Part shown: one piece after another, positions 1 to 7,607 of the stretch
Numbering within the stretch: position 1 is the stretch's first letter
Layout of the letters: each line of letters starts with the position of its first letter
NCBI GenBank assembly: GCA_963675525.2
Contig: CAXXSL010000010.1
Coordinates: 1 to 19,482 of the forward strand
Direction: 5' to 3'
DNA from: Anaerohalosphaeraceae bacterium
GTDB taxonomy: Bacteria > Planctomycetota > Phycisphaerae > Sedimentisphaerales > Anaerohalosphaeraceae
DNA: 19,482 nt
The notes under the pieces: generated by a model
Told to the model about the DNA's origin: nothing
Seen by the model: the letters and a program-made list of their open reading frames with translations, nothing else
Databases searched by the model: none
Program-made: the position numbers and the translations under genes

Positions 1-597
1 CTGACGTCTGTCTTCCTCACTCAAGGCCGGGCCGTCATCACTGACAGTCAATTGAATTTGCCCGCATTCGCTCAGATACAGCGTCTGGATGGAAATCACG
101 CCCATGTGTTCGGGCAGATTATCCAGTGAATGGGTAATCAGGTTCATCACCAGTTCTTCAATTTTGACGGCATCCAGCGACACATCCGGTATCTTGGTGT
201 CCTGGTGCAGCTGGATTTTAACATGCTTTTTTTTGAGGATATATTCGCACGATTTGATGCCCTTCTGGACAATGTTGTTGAAATGACACTCAGCCAACTG
301 CAGCGGATAATGTTTGGTATATTTGATCAAATCCAGAACAAATTTTTTCAGGCGGACAAAATTCGGCCCGAAAATTTCCCAACTGCGGCGGATGCGATCA
401 TACTGTTTGCGCTCCAGCCCCAGTTCGATAATCTCAACCGAGCCGGAAACCATTTGGATCATATTCTTAACCAGATGCGCCAGCTCGGTCACCGATTTGC
501 CCGAAGCGCAGTATGCCTGAATCTGCTCATCCGACAGGTCGAGCGGGTTTTCAGATGATGTTTGATTTTGTTGCGTCTCAGTGTCAGCCGATTTCAT
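1..597 (-). CDS. Soluble histidine-kinase-like protein (HisKA + HATPase_c-like) with degenerate motifs; 3' end runs off the window
   Basis: Not in the ORF track (no stop in window). Manual translation from ATG 597 (AGGA upstream) is open for 199 codons: MKSADTE...GKSVTELAHLVKNMIQMVSGS (H-box)...LDAVKIEELVMNLITHSLD (N-box-like)...IQLTVSDDGPALSEEDRRQ (G1-like). No TM or sensor domain. Confidence 0.85.
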   Translation of the reverse strand, partial: MKSADTETQQNQTSSENPLDLSDEQIQAYCASGKSVTELAHLVKNMIQMVSGSVEIIELGLERKQYDRIRRSWEIFGPNFVRLKKFVLDLIKYTKHYPLQLAECHFNNIVQKGIKSCEYILKKKHVKIQLHQDTKIPDVSLDAVKIEELVMNLITHSLDNLPEHMGVISIQTLYLSECGQIQLTVSDDGPALSEEDRRQ

Positions 598-639
598 ATG
601 CGTCCTATAATTCTTTAAAACATACCATTATCCGCGTTT

Positions 640-666
640 ATATCGGAAAAAACGCATCCGGTCTTA
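640..666 (-). promoter_or_regulatory. Putative sigma-28 (FliA/SigD/WhiG) promoter of the kinase-like gene
   Basis: Minus strand TAAG-N15-TCCGATAT versus consensus TAAA-N15-GCCGATAA/T; spacing exact; -10 ends 43 nt upstream of the ATG. Confidence 0.6.
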
Positions 667-676
667 ATCTGGGCGC

Positions 677-713
677 AAAATAAAAGCCAGATTCATAGAA
701 CAGAATCTGGCTT
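677..713 (-). terminator. Rho-independent terminator
   Basis: Perfect 11-bp inverted repeat AAGCCAGATTC (684-694)/GAATCTGGCTT (703-713), 8-nt loop, running into a TTTTATTTT tract on the minus strand. Confidence 0.7.
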
Positions 714-760
714 CGGAGGAGGGTGATGAAAAGATTATATAATGTCAAAGATATTAACTA
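677..760 (-). ncRNA. Candidate small RNA with a CU-rich anti-SD segment (5' end uncertain)
   Basis: The minus-strand terminator has no minus-strand CDS upstream; immediately 5' of the hairpin is CUUUUCAUCACCCUCCUCC. Confidence 0.35.
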
Positions 761-891
761 TTACAGATATCGTGAATTTCGGGTGGATTTCTTTAGAGAA
801 AATGCAAAAAGTTCACCATAATTGAACCAAATTTCACATTTTCGATTTTCAGAGTAACAATGTCGCCTATTATCGGGCCATAAAAAATAAC

Positions 892-921
892 TTGCATTGA
901 AATTGACGCCATAGGTATACT
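892..921 (+). promoter_or_regulatory. Putative sigma-70 promoter for panB
   Basis: TTGCAT-N18-TATACT about 30 nt upstream of the panB ATG; overlapping alternative TTGAAA-N18-TATCAT. Confidence 0.4.
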
Positions 922-952
922 ATCATGCTTACTAAATTTCAGAGAAAGGCTT

Positions 953-1813
953 ATGGATAAAAAGATTACCATGTCGGATCTGCTGGCGGCCCGTCAGGCG
1001 GGAAAGAAAATCGTCGCGGTCAGGTTGCTATGATTATACCCACGGGCCCGACTGGTGGCCTGGTCCGGCGCAGAGATGATATTGGTGGGTGATTCGGCTG
1101 CCCAGGTCATGCTGGGCCACGACACCACCCTGCCGGTAACCATGGATTTCATGGTCACGATCACCGCCGCGGTCCGCAGGGCCGCCCCCAATGTGTGCCT
1201 GGTCGCGGACATGCCCTTTTTGTCGTACCAGACCAGCATCGCTGACGCTGTCCGCAATGCCGGACGTTTCTTCCAGGAATGCGGCGTCCAGATCGTCAAG
1301 GTCGAAGCGACCGCCGCCCACCTGGATGTCATCAAGGCCATCAGCGAAGCGGGCATGGCGGTGATGGCGCATATCGGCATCCGGCCGCAGCGTATTGCCA
1401 AACTGGGCAAACTCAAAGCCGAAGGCACCACCGCGGAAATGGCGCTGGAACTGGTACAGTTGGCCCGCAAAATGGTCGCCGCCGGCGCTGATTCGCTGCT
1501 GCTGGAAGGCACGGCCCGCGAGGTGGCTGCGATCGTTACGGAAAGCAGCCCTGTCCCGGTGATCAGTTGCGGTTCCGGGCCGGACTGTGACGGACAGATT
1601 CTGATCATCTCGGACATCCTGGGGCTCCACAGCGAGTACGGACCGAAGTTTTCCAAGAACTTTGCCAAACTGGACGAGCCGATCGTCGAAGCAGTAAAAG
1701 ACTATGCTGCCCAGGTGCGAAACGCCGCGTATCCCGACGACGAACATTGTTATCACATCAAGCCGGGACAAATCGAAAAGCTGCAACAGATGATACGAGA
1801 TCTGAAGGGGTAA
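953..1813 (+). CDS. panB: 3-methyl-2-oxobutanoate hydroxymethyltransferase (three +1 indels near the 5' end)
   Basis: Motifs ILVGDS, LVADMPF, VKVE, AHIG, LLLEG, DGQILI. The true N-terminus MDKKITMSDLLAARQAGKKIVAV starts at 953. Removing one base from each of three short runs in 1023-1046 gives SCYDYTTARLVAWSG; as sequenced there is a TGA at 1031-1033. Confidence 0.93.
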
Positions 1814-1819
1814 TCTGCG

Positions 1820-2968
1820 ATGGCCTCCCAGAGCGGCAATGGACATACTGACACCACGGTACTACGCCCGGTCTTCCTGGTAGACCAAAGTACCTATCAC
1901 GGCTATTCGTCTTACATCCGGCGGATTCTGGTCGGCTTGAGCGGTACGGCACACACTTCGGCACTGGTGTGTCCGTCCTGTGTCAATGTCGAAACCATTC
2001 TTTGCCCGGCCGTCGAGAGCATCGAACACCCTGCCCTGCGGCTGCCGATCTTCTTTCTGCAAAATCGGCGCATCCTGCTGGAACGCCTGAGCCGGTTAAA
2101 ACCAACCGTCATCCATGCATTTTACCCGGGCTATGGCCAGGCAGTTTTGGCCAACTGGCTTTCTCGTCAGCTTGATATCCCGTACGTACTGACCCTGCAC
2201 CGCCCCATTGGTAAATGGCGCCGATTTGAAAACCCCATTCGCAACGCCGCCAAAATCATTGCCCCGTCCGAGGCAATCGCCAAACAGCTTCGCTCCGAAT
2301 GGCCGGCACTCCATGAACGGATCGAGCAAATCCACGTCGGCAGTTTTGTCGAGGACCAATGCCGATGCTTTTCTGATGATACCCAGATTCCCAGCCTGGT
2401 CGCCGCATGTAAACTAAACAACACAGACCGGTTTGAACCGCTGCTGAAGGCGATCCGTCACCTGACACTGGACGGGACAGAGTTGATGCTGGCGATCATG
2501 GGACGCGGCCGCAGGGAAAAGCAGTTAAGACGACAGATTCGAACATTGGGATTAACCGGTTCGGTCACGGTGGTACCGCCGATGCAGCCGATGCGGTCTA
2601 TCCTGGCCGGTGCGGACATGTATCTGTACCTGACCGATACCGGCTTGTTCGACGCCCGGCTCACCGAAGCGATGGCCGTCGGGCTGGCCGTGGCGGGCTG
2701 TCGGGAAACCAACAGCGGACTGCTGATCGAAGGTAAGACCGCGGCATTCTGGGATCCGACCGACGAGCAAAGCATCTACGCCTGCCTGAAGCAATGCCTG
2801 GGCCAACGCGCCGAAACACGCCAACTGGCCCTCAATGCCCAGGTCCACTTGCGACAGCACAACAGTGTCAGCGGCATGGTGGATCGGATCATGCAAACCT
2901 ACCTTGAGGCCCAAAGCAGTCATAAAGAAACCGCCCTCGCACAAGAAGAACCGGCCGCAGTTGGATAG
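1820..2968 (+). CDS. Glycosyltransferase family 4 (GT-B fold)
   Basis: PTVIHA and VLTLH N-domain motifs, IIAPSEAI, IMGRG, EAMAVGLAV C-domain motif; 6 nt after the panB stop. Confidence 0.8.
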   Translation: MASQSGNGHTDTTVLRPVFLVDQSTYHGYSSYIRRILVGLSGTAHTSALVCPSCVNVETILCPAVESIEHPALRLPIFFLQNRRILLERLSRLKPTVIHAFYPGYGQAVLANWLSRQLDIPYVLTLHRPIGKWRRFENPIRNAAKIIAPSEAIAKQLRSEWPALHERIEQIHVGSFVEDQCRCFSDDTQIPSLVAACKLNNTDRFEPLLKAIRHLTLDGTELMLAIMGRGRREKQLRRQIRTLGLTGSVTVVPPMQPMRSILAGADMYLYLTDTGLFDARLTEAMAVGLAVAGCRETNSGLLIEGKTAAFWDPTDEQSIYACLKQCLGQRAETRQLALNAQVHLRQHNSVSGMVDRIMQTYLEAQSSHKETALAQEEPAAVG

Positions 2969-3043
2969 CATGTCATATTTTCGCTTGACAATCCTGAGAA
3001 ATTCTCCCCCATCTGTATATATGCCTCAATTGCAAGCACTTAG

Positions 3044-3114
3044 GCGGGCGTAGTTCAATGGTAGAACACTAGCTTCCCAAGCTAGATACGCGTGTTCGAT
3101 TCACGTCGCCCGCA
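3044..3114 (+). tRNA. tRNA-Gly (anticodon CCC), CCA not encoded
   Basis: Acceptor GCGGGCG/CGCCCGC, D arm GTTC..GAAC, anticodon arm CTAGC-TTCCCAA-GCTAG, T arm GCGTG-TTCGATT-CACGT, discriminator A. Confidence 0.97.
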
Positions 3115-3122
3115 GTTTTCCC

Positions 3123-3845
3123 CTATTCGATCATGTATTTCAGCGTCACCACGGCCTTGATGTCTTTCTCGATCGTACTGGTATCGTAGATGCCATAACT
3201 TGCCACATCCGTCGAATCCGGCTGGGTAATCTGGAAAATCCCCTGCTGGGCTTCGACCAGTTTGCCGACCTTGCCGCCGCTGTTGTCGGCCATCAGTTTG
3301 GCACGCGTATAGCCATCCTCAGTGGCTTTTCCCAGCAGTTCCATCTTCGCCTCGCTCAGGTCCGTAATGTAATATTCCGGACCATGAATACTGACCTGGT
3401 ATCCTTTAGAAAGCAATTCGCCGACTGCTCGTGATAACTGCTCGACATCCTGAACCACTTTCGACTCGAGATTGAAACGCTGTGACAAAATATAATAGTC
3501 GATCTCATTCGTACTCCGACCGCCACTATCGCGTTTGTAAACTTTTTCAAGGTCCACATTATCGGCAGCAAAGGCAATATTCTTTTTGGCTTCGATCAAT
3601 GATTGAACCGCTTGTGTTTGTGTCTGCAGCGTTTTATAAGCCTCGGGAATCGAAGCGGCCTGTACCGTCACATTGACCGAAAGAGATGCTTTATCGGAAG
3701 TGAGCCGCCGGCTGGCAAATCCTTTAACCGTGATCACCTTCTCTTTTTCCAGTCGCAGATAAAAGCGAGAAAGCGTACTGGCAGAGATAATCAAACCGAT
3801 GGCAAGAATGGCAGAAGCAATGGAAATTATTAACGTGTTGTTCAT
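3123..3845 (-). CDS. SIMPL (DUF541) domain protein
   Basis: N-terminal TM segment, ITVKGFASR..SDKA, A..D...RA..MA..SGGKVGKL and terminal VVTLKY pattern typical of SIMPL proteins. Confidence 0.85.
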   Translation of the reverse strand: MNNTLIISIASAILAIGLIISASTLSRFYLRLEKEKVITVKGFASRRLTSDKASLSVNVTVQAASIPEAYKTLQTQTQAVQSLIEAKKNIAFAADNVDLEKVYKRDSGGRSTNEIDYYILSQRFNLESKVVQDVEQLSRAVGELLSKGYQVSIHGPEYYITDLSEAKMELLGKATEDGYTRAKLMADNSGGKVGKLVEAQQGIFQITQPDSTDVASYGIYDTSTIEKDIKAVVTLKYMIE

Positions 3846-3927
3846 ACGGGTCCCCTTTCCGGAAAAGTGATTGACGATGACACTATCGTCACATTTTCCG
3901 GCAACACATTAAATATTCAACATCGTC

Positions 3928-4572
3928 TTATAATACCGCGTCCAGCCACTGTTGAGCAATCCAGGCATGTGCCCATTCATAGGGATGAACGGTATCGTCC
4001 GCCCATTGTTCGGCGGGCCGCCTGGCGGTAAGTTTGGTATATTGGTTATGGACCGGAATCAGTACAGCTTCGAATTCATCAGCCAGTTTGTGAACGATCT
4101 CGATATAAGTCGGCAATTCAACCAGCATCGGATTATCGGCATCATCGCAGAACATAAACGGCTCCATCAGGACCAACTGCGAGCCGCACTCGCTGCGTGT
4201 GCGAGCCAGGAGTGTGCGAACATTGTTTTCGTACTCGCCCGGGGCCACATACATCCGCTGAGACTCGATCGACTCGCCAAACTTGTACCACAAGTCATTA
4301 ATGCCGATCATCAGGCTGACAATATCGGGGGCAAGTTTGATGCAGTCCATATCCCAGCGAAACAGCAGCGCCCGCGTTGTGTCACCGCCGATGCCTCGGT
4401 TCTCGATGTTCAAATGCAGATCGGGCCGGCGGGCCAGCAGAAAATTGGCCGCAAAATGCACATATCCCCAGCCGAGCGGACTGTACGGTAATTCTCGTCG
4501 CTTGCAGTCGGTAATACTGTCACCGATGAATAAAACCCTCTGTCCGTCCTGGAAATCAATTCGTTTATGCAT
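3928..4572 (-). CDS. SGNH/GDSL hydrolase family protein
   Basis: Block I FIGDSITD, block II NRGIGG, block III IGIND, block V DTVHP. Confidence 0.92.
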   Translation of the reverse strand: MHKRIDFQDGQRVLFIGDSITDCKRRELPYSPLGWGYVHFAANFLLARRPDLHLNIENRGIGGDTTRALLFRWDMDCIKLAPDIVSLMIGINDLWYKFGESIESQRMYVAPGEYENNVRTLLARTRSECGSQLVLMEPFMFCDDADNPMLVELPTYIEIVHKLADEFEAVLIPVHNQYTKLTARRPAEQWADDTVHPYEWAHAWIAQQWLDAVL

Positions 4573-4632
4573 TTTGTGCCCTCTAGCCGATAGTATCTGA
4601 CGTCACAATGATTATTTAAGCGAATGTTTATC

Positions 4633-5301
4633 ATGAAATCAACAAAATACATCTATAAAATTCTGGTGGTGCTGGTCGCTGTCGTTTTCGGTGCTTATGT
4701 ATGGCGGCATTTTACGGCTAACCGTACCATCGAGCAGTTACTGACCGAAAATACCGAATTGAAAACGGCGATTACCAATCTCAGCGACGAAAACCAGATC
4801 GGTTATGCGAAGGTGCTGTCTCAGGAAACACGCGACGGGAAATTTTACACGAAGTTGCTGTTTGTCGAGGCCGATCCGGCCGATTTCACCAAACATCTGC
4901 TGCGAAAAGAAGTCGAGATTGAAGGCGATGTGGTTCATTTCGATACGCTGATTGTGACTTTCAGCGGCGAGTTGGTCATGGACGGCAAAGAACGGGCAAT
5001 GTATCTGTGGCGGCGGATTTACGGCGAAAACACCCCGCCGAGTGAGGGCGTTTCGATCGAAACCGAAGGCCTGCCCTCGCCGCGGTATGCTCAGATATGC
5101 GAGAAACTCTCAATTGAGGATCGCGATTTGTTCTGGAACGAAATCTGGGCGCTGTCGAACAATCCCAAACGATTGGAAAGCCTTGGTATCAAGGCGGTCT
5201 ACGGTAATGCTGTGTATCGCAAGCTGAAACCCGGCCTGATCTATATTTTCAAGGTCTCATCAACCGGCACCCTCTACCCGGAGATCATCCCGGACCTGTA
5301 A
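4633..5301 (+). CDS. Hypothetical membrane-anchored protein
   Basis: Long ORF with coding-like codon use, single N-terminal TM helix then a coiled-coil-like stretch; start 4624 or 4633. Confidence 0.75.
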   Translation: MKSTKYIYKILVVLVAVVFGAYVWRHFTANRTIEQLLTENTELKTAITNLSDENQIGYAKVLSQETRDGKFYTKLLFVEADPADFTKHLLRKEVEIEGDVVHFDTLIVTFSGELVMDGKERAMYLWRRIYGENTPPSEGVSIETEGLPSPRYAQICEKLSIEDRDLFWNEIWALSNNPKRLESLGIKAVYGNAVYRKLKPGLIYIFKVSSTGTLYPEIIPDL

Positions 5302-5306
5302 GCAAA

Positions 5307-6179
5307 CTACTCCGGCCAGATGCCTCGGAAGACTTCCGTTGCCGGGCCGGTCATATAGACACAGTTGTCCTGCTCGCACCAGTTCAGCTGCAAATCGCCG
5401 CCGGGCAAATGGGCTGTGACCTGCCGCTGGCATCTGCCGGTCAAGACCCCTGCCACCCCACACGCACAAGCCCCGGTCCCGCAAGCCAGCGTAATGCCGC
5501 TGCCGCGTTCCCACGTCTGCATAATGAATTCATTCGGAGCGACCGCTTTAACAAAATGCACGTTCACCCGTTCGGGAAACAGTTCGTGATGTTCGATCAA
5601 CGGGCCGATGTGCGTCAATTCAATATTACTCAGATCCTCACAGAAAAAGACCGCATGCGGATTGCCCATCGACACGCAGGTCATTGATAACTCCTGTCCT
5701 TCGATCTGCATAAGATGGTCGATGACCTGTTCTTCGGCGGCCACCGGAATCTCGCTCGCTTCCAGGATGGGCTGGCCCATGTTCACACAGACCTCGCTCA
5801 CCAGACCCTCGTCATCCAGGGCCAATCCCAGCGTTAGTACGCCCCGGCCGGTCTCGATCTGCAGGGATGTCGGAAACGTCGCCATTCCGGGAATTGAAAA
5901 TTCGGTTTCGTTGCGGGCCAGGTTGTGGTCATAGACGTACTTGGCCACACAGCGGATGCCGTTGCCGCACATCTGGGCTTCGGAGCCGTCAGCGTTAAAC
6001 ATTCGCATTTTTGCATCCGCAATATCCGATGGACAGATCAGGATCAGCCCGTCCGAACCGATGCCAAAATGCCGGTTACTGACGGCAATTGCCGTTTCCG
6101 CCGGATTTTCAACCATTTCACTGAAGCAATTGACATACACATAGTCATTGCCCAGCCCGTGCATTTTTGTAAATTCCAT
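5307..6179 (-). CDS. dapF: Diaminopimelate epimerase
   Basis: FTKMHGLGNDY, NADGSEAQMCGNG, SMGNPH, ERGSGITLACGTG (both catalytic Cys present). Confidence 0.97.
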   Translation of the reverse strand: MEFTKMHGLGNDYVYVNCFSEMVENPAETAIAVSNRHFGIGSDGLILICPSDIADAKMRMFNADGSEAQMCGNGIRCVAKYVYDHNLARNETEFSIPGMATFPTSLQIETGRGVLTLGLALDDEGLVSEVCVNMGQPILEASEIPVAAEEQVIDHLMQIEGQELSMTCVSMGNPHAVFFCEDLSNIELTHIGPLIEHHELFPERVNVHFVKAVAPNEFIMQTWERGSGITLACGTGACACGVAGVLTGRCQRQVTAHLPGGDLQLNWCEQDNCVYMTGPATEVFRGIWPE

Positions 6180-6216
6180 AGCCGCTTCCTTACAATCATT
6201 GACTGTACTGAAACAT

Positions 6217-6244
6217 ACTATACAAAATAAATCGGATAATGCAA
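6217..6244 (-). promoter_or_regulatory. Putative sigma-70 promoter for dapF
   Basis: TTGCAT-N16-TATAGT; AAGGAAG SD before the ATG. Confidence 0.5.
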
Positions 6245-6282
6245 CCCCCTCAAACCGGTTTTAAGGTGTGTTCTGAAATGCT

Positions 6283-6320
6283 AAAAGCAAACACGCAAGC
6301 CCCTTTTCAGGGGTTACGCG
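6283..6320 (-). terminator. Rho-independent terminator downstream of the sigma factor gene
   Basis: Minus strand CGCGTAACCCCT-GAAA-AGGGG(C)TTGCGTG hairpin with GNRA loop, followed by TTTGCTTTT. Confidence 0.65.
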
Positions 6321-6401
6321 GCCTATCGTGAAGCTCCGAACGGGAGCGATAATGTACGCGTTGATGATATCCGGCTGATGAGTCCGCCGGAAGGAAAATA
6401 A

Positions 6402-7247
6402 TTACAAAACAGCGTCAGTGTTGACCAGAAATTCCTCGGTTCGCATTTCCATCTGGACTTTAAGCCGCTCCAGGATCGCAGAATGCATCTGGGAAACGCG
6501 GGATTCGGACAGATCCAGCGTTGCACCGATCTCTTTCATGGTCATTTCTTCATAATAATACAGCAGGACGATCAGCTTTTCGGAGCGGGATAATCCCTTT
6601 GAGAACAATTCCTTCAGATCGTCACGCTGGGCTTTGCGGATCGGATCTTTGCTCTTTCGGTCCTCCACAACATCCACCTCATGACCGGAACCTTCTTCGT
6701 CAGCATCTGAAAACTTGTTATTCAGCGAGATCAGGCCGGTTGCATTGGCATCCCGACGCAGGCGGGCAAACTCCGTCTCATCCATTTTCAGTTCATCGGC
6801 CAGTTCATCTTCGGATGGCATTCGCCCCAGCTCCGCACGCAGCGTCTGGGTGGCAAATTCAAGCTGATGGGCACGGGTCCGTACCAGTCGCGGCACCCAG
6901 TCCATGCTTCGCAATTCATCCAGAATACTGCCGCGAACGCGGGGAGAACAATAGGTCTCAAACTTCACGCCGCGGCTGGGGTCATACGCATCAATCGCAT
7001 CCATGAGTCCGAAAATACCTGCCTGAACAAGGTCGTCAAGCTCGATTTTGTCCGGCAGCTTTGCCCAAATACGATCGGCGGCATATTTAACCAGATACAG
7101 GTACTTTTCCATCAGGATGTTCCGGCACTGCTCGGAACTGGTTTCGAAAAACTCTTCCCAGATCTCTTGAATATCGATTTCTTTTTTTTGTCGGGGGATT
7201 TGTACGCTGAAAATACCCGTTTTGGCCTTCGTTTTTGTATTGGTCAT
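6402..7247 (-). CDS. fliA: FliA/WhiG family RNA polymerase sigma factor (sigma-28)
   Basis: DDLVQAGIFGLMDAI, KFETY, RGSILDELRSMDWVPR, LYYYEEMTMKEIG, LSESRVSQMH are sigma-28 family signatures. Confidence 0.93.
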   Translation of the reverse strand: MTNTKTKAKTGIFSVQIPRQKKEIDIQEIWEEFFETSSEQCRNILMEKYLYLVKYAADRIWAKLPDKIELDDLVQAGIFGLMDAIDAYDPSRGVKFETYCSPRVRGSILDELRSMDWVPRLVRTRAHQLEFATQTLRAELGRMPSEDELADELKMDETEFARLRRDANATGLISLNNKFSDADEEGSGHEVDVVEDRKSKDPIRKAQRDDLKELFSKGLSRSEKLIVLLYYYEEMTMKEIGATLDLSESRVSQMHSAILERLKVQMEMRTEEFLVNTDAVL

Positions 7248-7359
7248 AACAGTGTCCGATAAAAGTTAGCCCTACTTTCCGAGTTTTAAAAACGACCGCA
7301 GCAGTAGAAGATTCTACGGTGCCAAAGCCGGGTGTATTTACCGATGCTGCGGTACTCTG

Positions 7360-7386
7360 TTATCGACACAATCCACTTGACATTTA
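7360..7386 (-). promoter_or_regulatory. Sigma-28 promoter upstream of the sigma-28 gene (autoregulation)
   Basis: Minus strand TAAA-N15-GTCGATAA, one mismatch from TAAA-N15-GCCGATAA. Confidence 0.75.
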
Positions 7387-7607
7387 GTCCTGTTTCAAAA
7401 AAATATAGGTAATTTCACCCATTCGCACAACAAGACCCTCTCCTAATATCAACACCGGCAATAAAATCGGACCTGACGTGAAAAAAATTTGGATGACCTT
7501 GCAATTCAAGTCTGTTCCGATATACTTTCCGACAAGGAGACTCCAATTATTATTGCGGATACCCGAAAGAATCAGACAGCAAGGAATAAGCCGGCCATAA
7601 CATAACA

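Noticed and set aside
1022..1048. Programmed frameshifting or TGA readthrough (selenocysteine) in panB
   Set aside because: Three separate shifts would be needed, the intervening frame loses the conserved YD motif, and no slippery heptamer or SECIS-like stem is evident.
994..1846. Long minus-strand ORFs 994..1668 and 1034..1846 (also 130..558, 3952..4491, 8136..8945, 16394..16999 and similar)
   Set aside because: Antisense shadows of well-supported genes in GC-rich DNA, with no motifs.
2985..3022. TTGACA upstream of the tRNA
   Set aside because: No -10 box at 16-18 nt spacing; the TATATA is 25 nt away.
3044..3130. tRNA-Gly as an integration site for a genomic island
   Set aside because: No duplicated tRNA 3' end, integrase or composition shift was seen next to it.
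4567..4605. GCCGATAG (sigma-28 -10) and the TGACGTCA palindrome between divergent genes
   Set aside because: No TAAA at 15-nt spacing; an 8-bp palindrome is expected by chance at this scale.
6370..6400. CTGATGAGTCC-GCC-GGAAG-GAAA resembles a hammerhead ribozyme core
   Set aside because: Stem II lacks the closing C before GAAA, and no partners for stems I and III or an NUH site were found nearby.
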